Origin: Nitrosopumilaceae archaeon
GTDB lineage: Archaea > Thermoproteota > Nitrososphaeria > Nitrososphaerales > Nitrosopumilaceae
Length of the DNA stretch: 64,000 nt
Assembly: GCA_965203465.1 (NCBI GenBank)
Contig: CBDBCR010000003.1
Span: 320,001-384,000, forward strand
Reading direction: 5' to 3'
The notes beneath the pieces are model-generated. The model was given only the letters and a program-made list of their open reading frames with translations. It was not told the origin of the DNA and made no database searches. The stretch's first letter is position 1, and each line of letters starts with the position of its first letter. The translations under genes and the position numbers were made by a program. This document shows, piece by piece, positions 21,090 through 31,700 of this stretch.

Positions 21090-22051
21090 AGGACATGGAC
21101 GGACTGATACACAGCCCGCTGTTCGGGCACATCTCCGACTATTTTGCGGCAGGCGACACCGGAACCGACACGACGTTCCTGTTCACCCCGTACGTCAGGG
21201 CGGGGGTGGCCGGCAAGCTCTTGGAAGGGGTACGCAACAGGGTGGTTATCGTGACCACCTGGAATCCGGCCGACCTGAGGTCGGGCTCGTCTGACATCGA
21301 GCTGTATCCGTTCTGTCGGGAGAAGGGGTACGCGCTGTACGTCAACGACGATCTGCACCTCAAAGCGTATTCCGTGGGACTGGGCGACGCCGTGCTCGCC
21401 ACGGGCAACGTCTCTTGCCGCGGCCTTTTGCCCGGGGGCAACTACGAGGCGGCCGTCCGCGTGGTGCTGACTCCGGCCGACCGGCTGTTCCTAGAGGGCA
21501 TACGGCGCGGCGCGCGGCTGGTGGACGACGCCGTGTACGAAGCCGCCAAGGGGTGGCTGGAAGCCAACCCGGCCGAGATGTCCGAGCCTCCGTCGCTCGG
21601 CGAGATCGCGCCCGAGCCGGGCGCCGACGATTTTTTGATCTCGGCTCTGCCCATGACGCGCAACATCGACGACTTGGCGGAAGGATACGCCCGCATGGCC
21701 GAGGGCGGGCAGCCGTCCGACGACCCCGAGACGGCGGCCTGCATCTTTCACGACCTGGCAAACTACGGCGTGCCGTCCGGGCTGGACGGAGGCGGGTTTC
21801 TGTCCGAGCTGTCGGTCCGGTTCTTTGCCCACCCGTTCATACGCCGGATAGACGAGTTCATAGACCCCGAGGCGTACTTTGGGCGGATCAAAGAGTGGGT
21901 GCAGGACAACTGCACCGACGTGCCCGTCCCGAGCAGGAGGGAGCTGACCGGCAACGTGCAGGTCCTGCTGGAGTGGTTTGTGGCACTGGGGGCCGGCCGG
22001 TACCAAGTGGACGTGCCCGGAAGGAGATCCCAGAGGATTAGGCGGCTCTGA
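21086..22051 (+). CDS. Phospholipase D-like nuclease domain protein
   Basis: TPYV, LHLKAY...ATGNVS..GL...NYE; GTGA overlap with the previous gene. Confidence 0.7.
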   Translation: MKDMDGLIHSPLFGHISDYFAAGDTGTDTTFLFTPYVRAGVAGKLLEGVRNRVVIVTTWNPADLRSGSSDIELYPFCREKGYALYVNDDLHLKAYSVGLGDAVLATGNVSCRGLLPGGNYEAAVRVVLTPADRLFLEGIRRGARLVDDAVYEAAKGWLEANPAEMSEPPSLGEIAPEPGADDFLISALPMTRNIDDLAEGYARMAEGGQPSDDPETAACIFHDLANYGVPSGLDGGGFLSELSVRFFAHPFIRRIDEFIDPEAYFGRIKEWVQDNCTDVPVPSRRELTGNVQVLLEWFVALGAGRYQVDVPGRRSQRIRRL

Positions 22052-22149
22052 TAGAGGGTCTCGGTCCCGCGAGTATTTGGCGCGAACCTCATACACGGCA
22101 GGAACAGCGCGACCGGCACTCTTATCTTGAGGGCCCGGGGCGGAACCGC

Positions 22150-23520
22150 ATGGACAGGATTCTCAGCCCGTATCAAAAAGCCCTGCTCCCGCACCTGTTA
22201 ATCGAAATTCTGAGAGGCAAGGGACGGACCGTAGTCGATCTCGGAAGCAAGGCATCCCGAGGAGATCCGATACAGAGAGAACATACAGGCCTGCCCGTAT
22301 GGCACGCCAAGAGTAGCATAGACGACCAAGTGGCCAAGACCCTGCGCTTGCCGCCGTCGCTCCACGGTCCTAGTAGAGAGACCAACAACCTTCCAATCCA
22401 AACGCGCAGAGCGATTGACAAGTTGTGCAAACAGGGGATCGTCGCAGTCTGGAACTCCAAGCGGGCTTCGCTTTTCAGACTAGCCGATTTCGGCCGTCAG
22501 CCGACACCCAAGCCGCGAACAGGCACGCCTGCGCGCCCCGACTTGGACGCAGGAGCCCTGTTCATGACGATTGTCTCCCAATCAAGCAAAGACAACACGT
22601 ACAAGTTCGTCCTAGGCAAAATACTGCTTGACTACTGTAGGGACAACGCCCCCGAATCCGGCAAACACAGTATATCCTACGATTACCTGGCCGGCGAATT
22701 CCTGAGGCACTACTGGCACCAAAAGTACAGGTTCAAGATGAAGCAGGACTTTCACGTGCACGGCAGGGGACCGGTGGCCGTCCAGATACTGGAAGATGTC
22801 TTTGGCGAAGATTCTCCCGGCAGGTTCGAGGAGCTAGACCAGGCAAAGGTGGAGAAGGCCAGACAGACGATGCTCAGGAGGGTGTTTGCCAGAGCCAGCA
22901 GCTACCAGGGGAACGTGCTGCACAGATTCCAGAGAATCGGCAGGGGCGACGGCATGTACGACGGGACAGACATTTACGACAACGATGAAGGGAAGAAGAC
23001 CATCACGCTAAAGCCCGACATCCACGCTTTTCTGAGGCAGAATTACGTCTGGCTCGAGCGCGCGCTAGTGTCAGAATGGGCGTCGTACTTGGAGCGCGCC
23101 AATCCCGGGCTCCCTCGGCTGATCTCAAAGCTGTCTAGGCTGGATGCGAACCCGGAGCCTGCCAAGTACAGGGCGGACTTTCTGCGGGCAGGGGAGTCAC
23201 TCCGCTGCTTCTATTGTGAGCGCGGGTTGGAGCCCAAATTCGCCCGCATGGATCATTTCATACCGTGGCCGTACATGTTTGACTACCATGCCTGGAACAT
23301 CGTCACCGCGTGCCGCGAATGCAACCGCGCAAAGGGCGATTTGCTGGCACCTGCAAAGTTGGTAGACCGGTTGATCGAGAGGAACGACCTATGCGCAAAG
23401 ACGATGCAGATCATGCGGACGTCCCTGTCCCGGCTCTCGCTAGGCGGAGACTGGGAAGGCACGATGCGCGGTCATTACGCCATGTGTGGAGGATTCGGGT
23501 TCGGAAAATGGGCGTCTTGA
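22150..23520 (+). CDS. HNH endonuclease
   Basis: NTYKF motif; CFYC...DHFIPW...NIVTACRECNRAKGD. Confidence 0.88.
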   Translation: MDRILSPYQKALLPHLLIEILRGKGRTVVDLGSKASRGDPIQREHTGLPVWHAKSSIDDQVAKTLRLPPSLHGPSRETNNLPIQTRRAIDKLCKQGIVAVWNSKRASLFRLADFGRQPTPKPRTGTPARPDLDAGALFMTIVSQSSKDNTYKFVLGKILLDYCRDNAPESGKHSISYDYLAGEFLRHYWHQKYRFKMKQDFHVHGRGPVAVQILEDVFGEDSPGRFEELDQAKVEKARQTMLRRVFARASSYQGNVLHRFQRIGRGDGMYDGTDIYDNDEGKKTITLKPDIHAFLRQNYVWLERALVSEWASYLERANPGLPRLISKLSRLDANPEPAKYRADFLRAGESLRCFYCERGLEPKFARMDHFIPWPYMFDYHAWNIVTACRECNRAKGDLLAPAKLVDRLIERNDLCAKTMQIMRTSLSRLSLGGDWEGTMRGHYAMCGGFGFGKWAS

Positions 23521-23606
23521 CTGTCTGCATTACAGGGTTGGAAAGTCGTGTGGGCAAGCCACCAGATTCAAAGCTTCGATCGCGATGTCTCTCGTAAACT
23601 CGGCGG

Positions 23607-25376
23607 TCATTTGTTCAGGAAAGACTCCATGATCTCTCCCCAGTGGAAACGGCTGTTGGCCAAAATTTTTCTGTTGTTGTCGTTGGGTTCTTCGTCTTCA
23701 AGACGTGCCCATGATGCGAGTAGAAGGAAGAGGCCAAGTTTGGCGTCTTTGAGGCGCTGCAGTGCATCAGCCTGCCCGATGTCGTCCGACACATCTTCTA
23801 CTAGCAGGAGGAGATTCTTGTAAGCTGGGTGGTTGGTGTTGAGCTTTACTATTGCGACACCGCCGTCCAGACTCACGTCAAAAAACTGCGAATTGTTCCA
23901 GTCGGCTTTTTCAAATTTGATCCGGATCTTTTTGCGCACTATGTCCATTGCTTCCTCTTCGATATGCTCCTTGGGCACTACGTCTGCAAGCGTCGGTTTG
24001 ATGTTTTCTATCCTCTGCGTATCGGTCTGTTCTTGTATCTGCCCATCGGTTACGCTGGGATGCCCCTGTTGTTCCCTTTGCCGAGCTTTCTCGCTAAAAG
24101 GATCGTGCCTTTGTTCTTTACGTGCTTTCTTCCCCCTTCCTTGTTTTTTGATCTGCGTACGCATGTTTCTGAGTCGCGTCTGGATTCTCTTGACGATGGT
24201 GGCCATGATCTTGTCCTCCTCGTTCAATTCTTCTACATCGGCCGGTTTGTCGTGTATCTCCACCCCGTATCTCTTGGTCATGATCGAAAAATTGGTCGCC
24301 TCCTGTTTGTTGTTGGTAATCCCGAAAAACTCATCGAGTGCAGGGGGAAATTCCACCTCTGCTCCCCACCAGCGCTCTAGTGGATCATACGTTTGGCACA
24401 GATTCTGATCCATGTTGATCTCACGCCCGCCTCTAACCACAGAAACTCCCAAGTTAAAGTTGGCGTGTTGCCCGTGCGGTTGGCTCCCTGCCTGGCTACC
24501 ATCAACCAACTCCCTAGCTTCGCCCTTGGCAAATGCAAAGCGCATAACAACCAAGTGTGAATTTCCATCCGCATCTTCTACTGGAATTTCTTCCTTGTGC
24601 CCTGCCTCGTCACCGTCTAGGGCGAACATTGGTTTTGAATCCCACGGCGGCGGCGTAGATGACTTTACCATCTGGTAAAGTGGATCGTTGGGGCGCACGT
24701 ATGTAGTGTCCCCAGTTTTGTCTTGGTTGTCGATTGGCACAAGGCGGATCTTTAGCTTGCCAGAGTCTATGAACTTGCGGTATATCCTGCCTACCAGATT
24801 TTCGGATCTCTTTAGCAGAGTAGACGACTTTTTCCATATGCATCTGTCAAGCTGGGACCATACAACCATGGTGCCCGATCCGTTCAAGAAGATCTTGGAA
24901 TTGGACTTGAATATCTCCGGAATCTCGGCAGGTTTAGGTTCGGGCACCTCGCGCATGTTGTGCTTTCTGATCTCGTCAAGATCTAGATACGTCGACATCA
25001 CCTTTCCCGGCTCCTGCCAAGTGTACACTTCCACTTTCCGGCACTGAGATATTGAAGAGTAGGGCAGCCCCATGCCGAATCTGCCTATTCCTTTCCTAGA
25101 TCTGCGCGTGCCGATCCCGAACCGGAGCGAGTCCCACAATACGTCCTTGGACATGCCGTCGCCGTTGTCTACGACCGCCACATGCTGTAGCCGCTCTACC
25201 CTGCGCGTCATGGTATCGTCTATGCTGTCCTTGCACACCACGTCGATCTTTGAAGCGTTTGCCTCGAAAGCATTGTCGATGAGTTCGGCCAAGGCGTGCG
25301 CCGGGCTGCGGTACCCGCCGTACCTCATGGAATCTATAAAGTCGTCCCCGCCGAGTATGTCGTGCCTGCCGCTCAT
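23607..25376 (-). CDS. MORC-like GHKL ATPase
   Basis: ALAELIDNAFEA, VDNGDGM, IGRFGMG, GTMVVW; ATGA overlap with helicase stop. Confidence 0.9.
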   Translation of the reverse strand: MSGRHDILGGDDFIDSMRYGGYRSPAHALAELIDNAFEANASKIDVVCKDSIDDTMTRRVERLQHVAVVDNGDGMSKDVLWDSLRFGIGTRRSRKGIGRFGMGLPYSSISQCRKVEVYTWQEPGKVMSTYLDLDEIRKHNMREVPEPKPAEIPEIFKSNSKIFLNGSGTMVVWSQLDRCIWKKSSTLLKRSENLVGRIYRKFIDSGKLKIRLVPIDNQDKTGDTTYVRPNDPLYQMVKSSTPPPWDSKPMFALDGDEAGHKEEIPVEDADGNSHLVVMRFAFAKGEARELVDGSQAGSQPHGQHANFNLGVSVVRGGREINMDQNLCQTYDPLERWWGAEVEFPPALDEFFGITNNKQEATNFSIMTKRYGVEIHDKPADVEELNEEDKIMATIVKRIQTRLRNMRTQIKKQGRGKKARKEQRHDPFSEKARQREQQGHPSVTDGQIQEQTDTQRIENIKPTLADVVPKEHIEEEAMDIVRKKIRIKFEKADWNNSQFFDVSLDGGVAIVKLNTNHPAYKNLLLLVEDVSDDIGQADALQRLKDAKLGLFLLLASWARLEDEEPNDNNRKILANSRFHWGEIMESFLNK

Positions 25377-26947
25377 TCCCAAACATCCTCCCAGTTGCTG
25401 AACGCATCCACCACGCTGCCGAATCCTGGCAGCGTTATATCTGTCACGGTCACTACAGAGCAGTATTTGGAGCCACCCACACGGGGGCCACGTATGGCCC
25501 TGCCTACCATCTGGCTGTACAGCACTAGCGACTTGGTGGGCCTGGCGATGACCACCGCGGTGGTGCGGGGGGCGTCGAACCCGGTGGTCAGAACCCCATA
25601 GTTGCATATGATCCGAGGCTCCCCGCCGTCCTCCTTGTACTGGTCGATTATCTGATCCCGCACGTCCCGGGGCGTGCCCGCATCTACGTAAAAAGCTCGG
25701 TGTCCGCGCGTGTGCAGTATGAGGGAGAGATCGCGCGCGTGGGAGATGCTTGCGGCAAAGACGATTATGCGCCGGTGCTTGCTTCTGATCAACTCTTCGA
25801 CTTGATCAACTATTTTCACGTTGCGAATCTCATCTCTTGCAAGTTTCACCAGTACGTCCTCAGGTATTTCCAGTGCCTTTTCTATACGCGTCTTGTCGGC
25901 TTCTGACAAGTGACCGTTGTGCGATATCTGTTTGATACGCGCTTTCGCTATAAAGCCATCTTTGATCAGGAACTTTACCGGATGCATGCCCACATCCAAG
26001 GTAACTTTTGTCTTGTTGAAAAACTCAGCAAGCGCCTCGTCGGCCCCCACGTCGCTCCACGTTCTTCCAGGGGTGGCGCTCAGACCCATCAATCCCGCGC
26101 CGTGTTTTTCTACAAGATAGCTTAGGATGAATTGGTACGTCTCGGCCACCGCTTGGTGCGCCTCGTCTATGATCACCAGCGACACCCTGTCTGCCAGCGT
26201 GGTCAAAAACAGATCTTTCTTCTGCGCTGTCTTGTACATTTTGCCCAGTCCCGCCACGATGAGGCCAGTTTTGCAGTTGGGAGACAAGAGATCCGGAGAA
26301 TGGGATCCAAAGAACCGATGTATTGGAACCGCCTTGTTGCCTGCGTGTAGCCAGGCAGCCTTAAATTCTTCTATGGCCTGTTCGCACAGCTCTTCGCTGT
26401 ATGCCATCCAGATCACCAAGGCGGTGCGATCCTTCAAGAACAGGTCTGCTACCACCCTCATTGCGGTCCTGGTCTTGCCGGCGCCGGTGGGCATGTGGAG
26501 CAGCACGCGCGCCTCCGGTTCTTGCAGTATGCGTTCGATCTTTTCGATGGCCACGATCTGGTGGTCGAAGAGTGGCCGGGCCACCGCCGCCGCGTCGGAG
26601 CTAGGCGGCTTTGATGGAACCGTGTACTCTGACCATTCTGCGTCAAAGAACCGAAAGAGCGCCTTTTCTTTATCAGAGTTTTTTCTGAATGATTGCCTAG
26701 TGACAGCGGCATATTCGTCTTGGTCTTCTATGTCCAGAATTTTGGCAAGCCTCGTCATGGAGTTGCGCCCAAGGCTCATCAACAGAGCGTGGCGCATTTT
26801 TCTGTCTCGCAACATCTCGGTTCGCGACACCTTGTCAATCACCAGCTTTAGGAGATTTTCCGGGTTGACAGATGCGGGATCGAGTGCCTTGAGCACGTCC
26901 ATGCAGGCGCGGCTCAAAAACACGTTCTGGAGCTTGTCGGTTCCCAT
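25373..26947 (-). CDS. SF2 (DEAH) helicase, ResIII-like
   Basis: MPTGAGKT, IIDEAHQA, LSATPGR, LTTGFDAP, QMVGRAIRG; start 26947 or TTG 26974. Confidence 0.92.
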   Translation of the reverse strand: MGTDKLQNVFLSRACMDVLKALDPASVNPENLLKLVIDKVSRTEMLRDRKMRHALLMSLGRNSMTRLAKILDIEDQDEYAAVTRQSFRKNSDKEKALFRFFDAEWSEYTVPSKPPSSDAAAVARPLFDHQIVAIEKIERILQEPEARVLLHMPTGAGKTRTAMRVVADLFLKDRTALVIWMAYSEELCEQAIEEFKAAWLHAGNKAVPIHRFFGSHSPDLLSPNCKTGLIVAGLGKMYKTAQKKDLFLTTLADRVSLVIIDEAHQAVAETYQFILSYLVEKHGAGLMGLSATPGRTWSDVGADEALAEFFNKTKVTLDVGMHPVKFLIKDGFIAKARIKQISHNGHLSEADKTRIEKALEIPEDVLVKLARDEIRNVKIVDQVEELIRSKHRRIIVFAASISHARDLSLILHTRGHRAFYVDAGTPRDVRDQIIDQYKEDGGEPRIICNYGVLTTGFDAPRTTAVVIARPTKSLVLYSQMVGRAIRGPRVGGSKYCSVVTVTDITLPGFGSVVDAFSNWEDVWE

Positions 26948-26985
26948 GTTGCGTAGAGCCCGTTCAACCTCCAAACTGCCCGCCC

Positions 26986-27813
26986 CTACAAATGACACAT
27001 CGTGCACGGAGTCGACTCCTCGTCCTCGTCCAAAGCTTCGTCCAGCACTTGGACCAGCGGCAGGTTGGCGCGCTTGGCCTTTGCGCGTTTTTTGCCCTCT
27101 TCGTGTCTTTCCATTATCTCGTCGCGCCTTGCCAGCAGCTGCGGCAGCGTCTCGCCGGGCGACCACGTGTACTGCCTTCCCCGCATGGCGTTGGACTCGA
27201 ACGAGACGCCCGCGTCCTTTAGCATCTTGTTCTCGATGGCGACGGCCTTTTCGAACAGATCCGGGTGCTTGTCGGCAAGCCCCACCCACTCGGCCTTGCG
27301 CTGAAAGAAGCAGAAATAGCACCCAGAGCGCGTCCTCCACGAATAGTATTCGGGCAGATCCAAGCCGGCCTCGCGCAGTATCCCCATCACGCCGTCGTGG
27401 TCTATTCCGTCGTCGACGAACGGAAACTCGGCCCGGATGTTGGGCTTTGTAGATACGTACCCCTTGCGATTGCTCTCGTCCGCGCGTATGGCCACGTACG
27501 AGACCACGTCGTCCTCTCCGACCCAGTCCTCCAGCGGCTTTATCTTTAGGTGGGTGGTGCACCAGCGCATCTGCGGCGACGGTAGGGCGCCCCTGAACAC
27601 CTCGAAATAGTGGTCGAACCCGCGCGTCGAGTTGAGCCGGTTTATCGGCTTGCCCAAGACGACTTCGAGTTTTTGTAGGTACGCGTACGTCTCTGGAAGC
27701 TCGGCCCCCGTGTCGCAGAAAAAATACTCCATGTCCGGAACCCGATCGCGCATATATACAGCCAAGGCGCTAGAATCCTTGCCGCCGGAGATCCCGCAGA
27801 TGTGCCTCGGCAT
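26986..27813 (-). CDS. sspD: PAPS reductase-family protein, SspD-like
   Basis: SGGKDSS, RWCTTHLK, RSGCYFC, C-terminal CxxC; context with desulfurase and DUF4007. Confidence 0.8.
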   Translation of the reverse strand: MPRHICGISGGKDSSALAVYMRDRVPDMEYFFCDTGAELPETYAYLQKLEVVLGKPINRLNSTRGFDHYFEVFRGALPSPQMRWCTTHLKIKPLEDWVGEDDVVSYVAIRADESNRKGYVSTKPNIRAEFPFVDDGIDHDGVMGILREAGLDLPEYYSWRTRSGCYFCFFQRKAEWVGLADKHPDLFEKAVAIENKMLKDAGVSFESNAMRGRQYTWSPGETLPQLLARRDEIMERHEEGKKRAKAKRANLPLVQVLDEALDEDEESTPCTMCHL

Positions 27814-27872
27814 GGCGCAAAAGTACGGTACCCGGTTTATAAGTATGGCGAGGATCTCTAGCCGTCGGAATT

Positions 27873-28079
27873 CTACTTTAACTTGGCGGCCAAGCTTTCG
27901 AACTCTTTCTTGGTGACGGTCAGGGAGAACAGCAGTCGATCGGGATCTTTGGCGCCTTCTTTCATCGGGTAGAACTTGATGGTATAGGCGTTGCCGACCT
28001 TGGCGATCTCGTACGGCCTAGCGCCCACTTTTTCACGCACGCCTGCTTGTCTCGGTAGTTCTTTATAAAGATGAATCAT
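27873..28079 (-). CDS. Small hypothetical protein (start possibly GTG 28040)
   Basis: Natural composition; TTTATAA at ~28062-28068. Confidence 0.55.
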   Translation of the reverse strand: MIHLYKELPRQAGVREKVGARPYEIAKVGNAYTIKFYPMKEGAKDPDRLLFSLTVTKKEFESLAAKLK

Positions 28080-28114
28080 AGAGTATTTATTTTAGTAGCC
28101 TGACACTCTAGTCA

Positions 28115-28178
28115 CCGTAGCCCGAATCCTGGGGCTGATACGGGATGTATCGGCGATCCTGGGCTCATGTGGGTACGG
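28115..28178. repeat. Dispersed ~65-bp palindromic repeat, copy C (inside the element)
   Basis: Close match to 10070-10136 in the same orientation. Confidence 0.85.
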
Positions 28179-28180
28179 CT

Positions 28181-28759
28181 TCATTTTCTCTTGAGTCGTC
28201 TTGCTATTTCGTCCACGCGATCGACTGAAATCACGCCATCCGGCTCTATGCCACGGTGGTTCGCCCAAGCTACCGCGTCTGCTAGGGTGTGCGCGTAGCT
28301 AGGCGTGGTAGAGCGCAGTCCAATATCCGCCACGAACCCCCGGCTGTCCGTGTCGGACTCTACAACCATAGACGTCAAGGCGTATCCGTTGCCGCTCAGG
28401 AACGCTTCCAGCGGATCGCGCACGGATGCGAAATGGAGATTGTGGTACCTGCGTATGATTTTGTTTAGGGCCGGGTTGGACCCCCTGCCCAGTACTAACC
28501 GCGGTGTCAGTTTTTCGAGCGTGGCGCCTCTTTCCAGCCTTATACAAAACCCAGCGTATTGCCGCATGTCAAAGTTTATCTCGTTCAATACCACGTTGCG
28601 CACATCCTGCTTTCTTGATGTCAGATCCAGGCCGTGCCGCTCGAGCATCTTGGCCATCCTGTCTGCGCCTTCTTGCGTGCATGCTGCTACGCCCATGTGC
28701 CCGTGGTTGCCCGACCCCGGAGTTCCTGAAACATCCACACCCATAAACAACATGCTCAC
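28181..28759 (-). CDS. Hypothetical protein, possible RNase H-fold (DUF3800-like)
   Basis: N-terminal GVDVSG and C-terminal LADAVAW; overlaps stop of the large ATPase. Confidence 0.6.
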   Translation of the reverse strand: MSMLFMGVDVSGTPGSGNHGHMGVAACTQEGADRMAKMLERHGLDLTSRKQDVRNVVLNEINFDMRQYAGFCIRLERGATLEKLTPRLVLGRGSNPALNKIIRRYHNLHFASVRDPLEAFLSGNGYALTSMVVESDTDSRGFVADIGLRSTTPSYAHTLADAVAWANHRGIEPDGVISVDRVDEIARRLKRK

Positions 28760-31700
28760 TCTTCCGACTTGTGTATAAGCAACGCCGCTAGTGCCCGCAG
28801 ATCTTTGGGCGAGAACCCGCCACCTTTCATGTCCCGAGCGACTTTGTCGGCTACTCTTTCCATGGTTTTTTTCTGTTGTGCGGGCATGCTTACCACGTCG
28901 CGCTCCGTCCGCCCGTCCCGGTGCACCACGGTGACTTGGAACGAAGGCCTAGCGTACATTCCGGACACGTCTGCAAAGTGCAGTGCGCCCAGTTGCGTGA
29001 ACCTGTCGCGCATGTCGGCCAAATTTTCCTTGAACGCGCGCCGATCCCCGTCCGTCCAGTCCGCGGGCGGAACTTCGGTCAGGCACATGGCCACGTACTT
29101 TATCCACTCGTCGTCTTTGAGCGTGTCGGCGGCCAGCGCGGTCAGAAACGCCCTAGTCCGGCGGTCGGCGGCGTGTTCCAGCAGGGCGGCCGCAGATTTT
29201 GACAGCTTGTCCCTGTCGCCTGCCTCCATCTCGTCTAGCAGCGCGGTCCGCAGATCCTGCAGCATGCGGGTGAACGCCGACTCTAGTACATTGACGGCGC
29301 TGCCCAGCCTGAGCGCGAATTCGTCCAGCCTGGCCTCCGCCCTGGCGCCGCGCACATGGCCAAGCCCTAGCGCCGCCGGCAGCGACTCGAACAGGAGCGT
29401 GTCGGGCTCTGTCGCCCTGCTTATGGCTTCGCGTACCGCGGACGCGTCTTTTCCTACGGTGTCAGTTTCCTTGACGCACTTGGGCAACGAATTGACCGTC
29501 CTGACCAGCCTGGACACGACGTCTAGTATATCGAGCCTGCCGGATCCGGCCTTGCCCGTCTGTAGCTCGCGCGCGATGCGCTCTAGCGCGGGCCTGTTGG
29601 CCTTGGCGCTTCCCACGTGCTTTACCTCAAAGAGGTCTGGGTTTTTGACCATGCGCTCTAGCGACTCTGCGGTGACCGTCGGGCAGTACGTGCCGTGCTC
29701 GTAGAGGGCGATGGAGTCGCGGTTGGCCAGGATCAGCGCAGTGAGCAGCACCGGCATGATGCCGGCCCTTGCGCCGAACGGCGGCGAGGCGGCCTCCGAG
29801 TAGATCTCGGAGACACGCACCCGTCCCCCGCGTTCCTTGATCATCAAATGCATGCGGTTCCACATTTTCGCTACGAGGCCGCGCGGGGGGTAAAGTCCGA
29901 CCTTTGCGTTCTTGCCGCGGTGTATGCCGGTTCTGCCAAGCAGGGCCTCGTATATGGCACGCTCTGGCCCCCATCCCTCTATTCCCAACCTGGGCGCCCC
30001 GCTGTTTTTGACCATGGCCCCCAAGAGCTTGTTCACGGCCGATGTTCCCTGCGGCGAGACGACGTTGCGGTTTACTATAACGTTGAACACGAGCGGCGCG
30101 TCGGGGTACGCGTCGTCGCACGCTTTGGAGGCAGCCTCGCCAGCGCTGTTCTGCTTGGCAGGCTTGCCGGGTTTTCCCGCGCGGTGCCACTTGGCGCCCT
30201 TGCCGAACGCCGCATCAAACCCGCGCACCATGGCCGACTCTGCGGCCTCTAGCCTCTCGTTGAGCTCCTTGCGCGCCACCCAGTCGACGGTGATCTCCGG
30301 CTTGCTCTCCAACACATCTCGTATGGACGCTGCCTCGATCGCGGCCGCGCGCAATGGCCCCAGGTCGGCTGCCTCTACCGCAAGCACCGGGCGCCTAGGC
30401 GGCGATTCGCTGCGCTCCGGCTTGCCCGTGACGTACGTAATGGCTCCGTCACGCCCTTCAGGCTCTGCCCACTCGCCTTGGCCCCGATCCGCAAAGCGCC
30501 TCTCGAACACCCGGACAGTCCCCGTCTTGCGTGAATGCCGGGCAGCTACGACCGGATCCAGCGGCATGAACTTGTTGAGCATGTCTGCCAGCGGCGCGTC
30601 AGACCAGCGCGTACGCGCAGTCTCCAGGGCCGCCCTTATGTCGGTGTCCGATCCGTGCCAGATCCTGTACTCGTCGGCGTGCCGGCGGTACGTCACGATC
30701 GACTTTTTCTCAAGCACCTGCAAAGCCGCGTCGGACGAGCCGCCCGTCGCGTACCGGACCATGCTGCGAGACGCGCGGAGCCTGCCAGACTTGCCCAGCA
30801 GGTTCAACACCCCGATCGCCTTTAGCGCGCGCGATTCCTCTTCGGACAGACCGCGCGCGTCGCGTATTATGGTGGACACCTCCATCAGCCTAGAGACGTT
30901 GGACGAGGAGGCGTGTGCGAGCGCGGAGCCTGCCACAAAGTAGTCGTACAGTACGTCTAGGCCCACCGCTGGCAGCTCGCCCAGTCCGTCCCAGTCTTTT
31001 TCGTCTATGAACCTGGCAACCGTGTGGGACCCGCCGCCAGCGACAAAGGACAGCAGCGTCCGCTCGTTCTGCCCGTACCGGGAGCACATTTCGGGCAGCA
31101 CCTCTAGGACGAGCGGGTGGAGCGGGTAGCACGATGACAGCAGGCCCTCGCTTATGTCTTGGCCCAATCCTGCATTTCGTGCTTTCTCTGCTTGATCCTT
31201 GGCCCATGCGTCGATCGCTTCCCGGTACTCTTTTTTGACGTGATCTGTTTCGGCGGGCTTTAGCGCGCCGGCCACTAGAAGGCGCGCCTGTTCCGGGGAG
31301 TTTGAGAACGGCAGATCGTCAAAGCGGCCCTGTACTTTGGACCATTCTCGCCGTTGCGCCGTCGACACACCGGTGGCGTACTCTTCGAATGCCATGTGTT
31401 GGAGCGTCACGATAAAGAGCGGGATCCTCTCCGATCCTCCAGCCAGCTCCGCCATGGCCTGCAGTAGGAACAGATCGCCTTCCCCGCGCTGCTCGTCGGT
31501 AAAGTATTCTATGTTCTTGCCAAACTCGTCTACGATTACTAGTATAGGCGCCTTGGCACACATGCCTCGTATCACGTTCAGGATGGATGCGGTGTTGGGC
31601 ATCTTGCCCCCGTCCAGCCCGTTCTTCATACTCTTGAGTGCGTCGGCGCCGTCAAAGGCCCACCTGCGCCGGCCGAAATACCGGCGCGCGCCGTCTTCTA

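Noticed and set aside
10070-28178. Repeat copies B and C as attL/attR of an 18-kb element
   Set aside because: They would cut the ssp cluster in two and include host gene DNA; a third copy exists, so they look like dispersed repeats.
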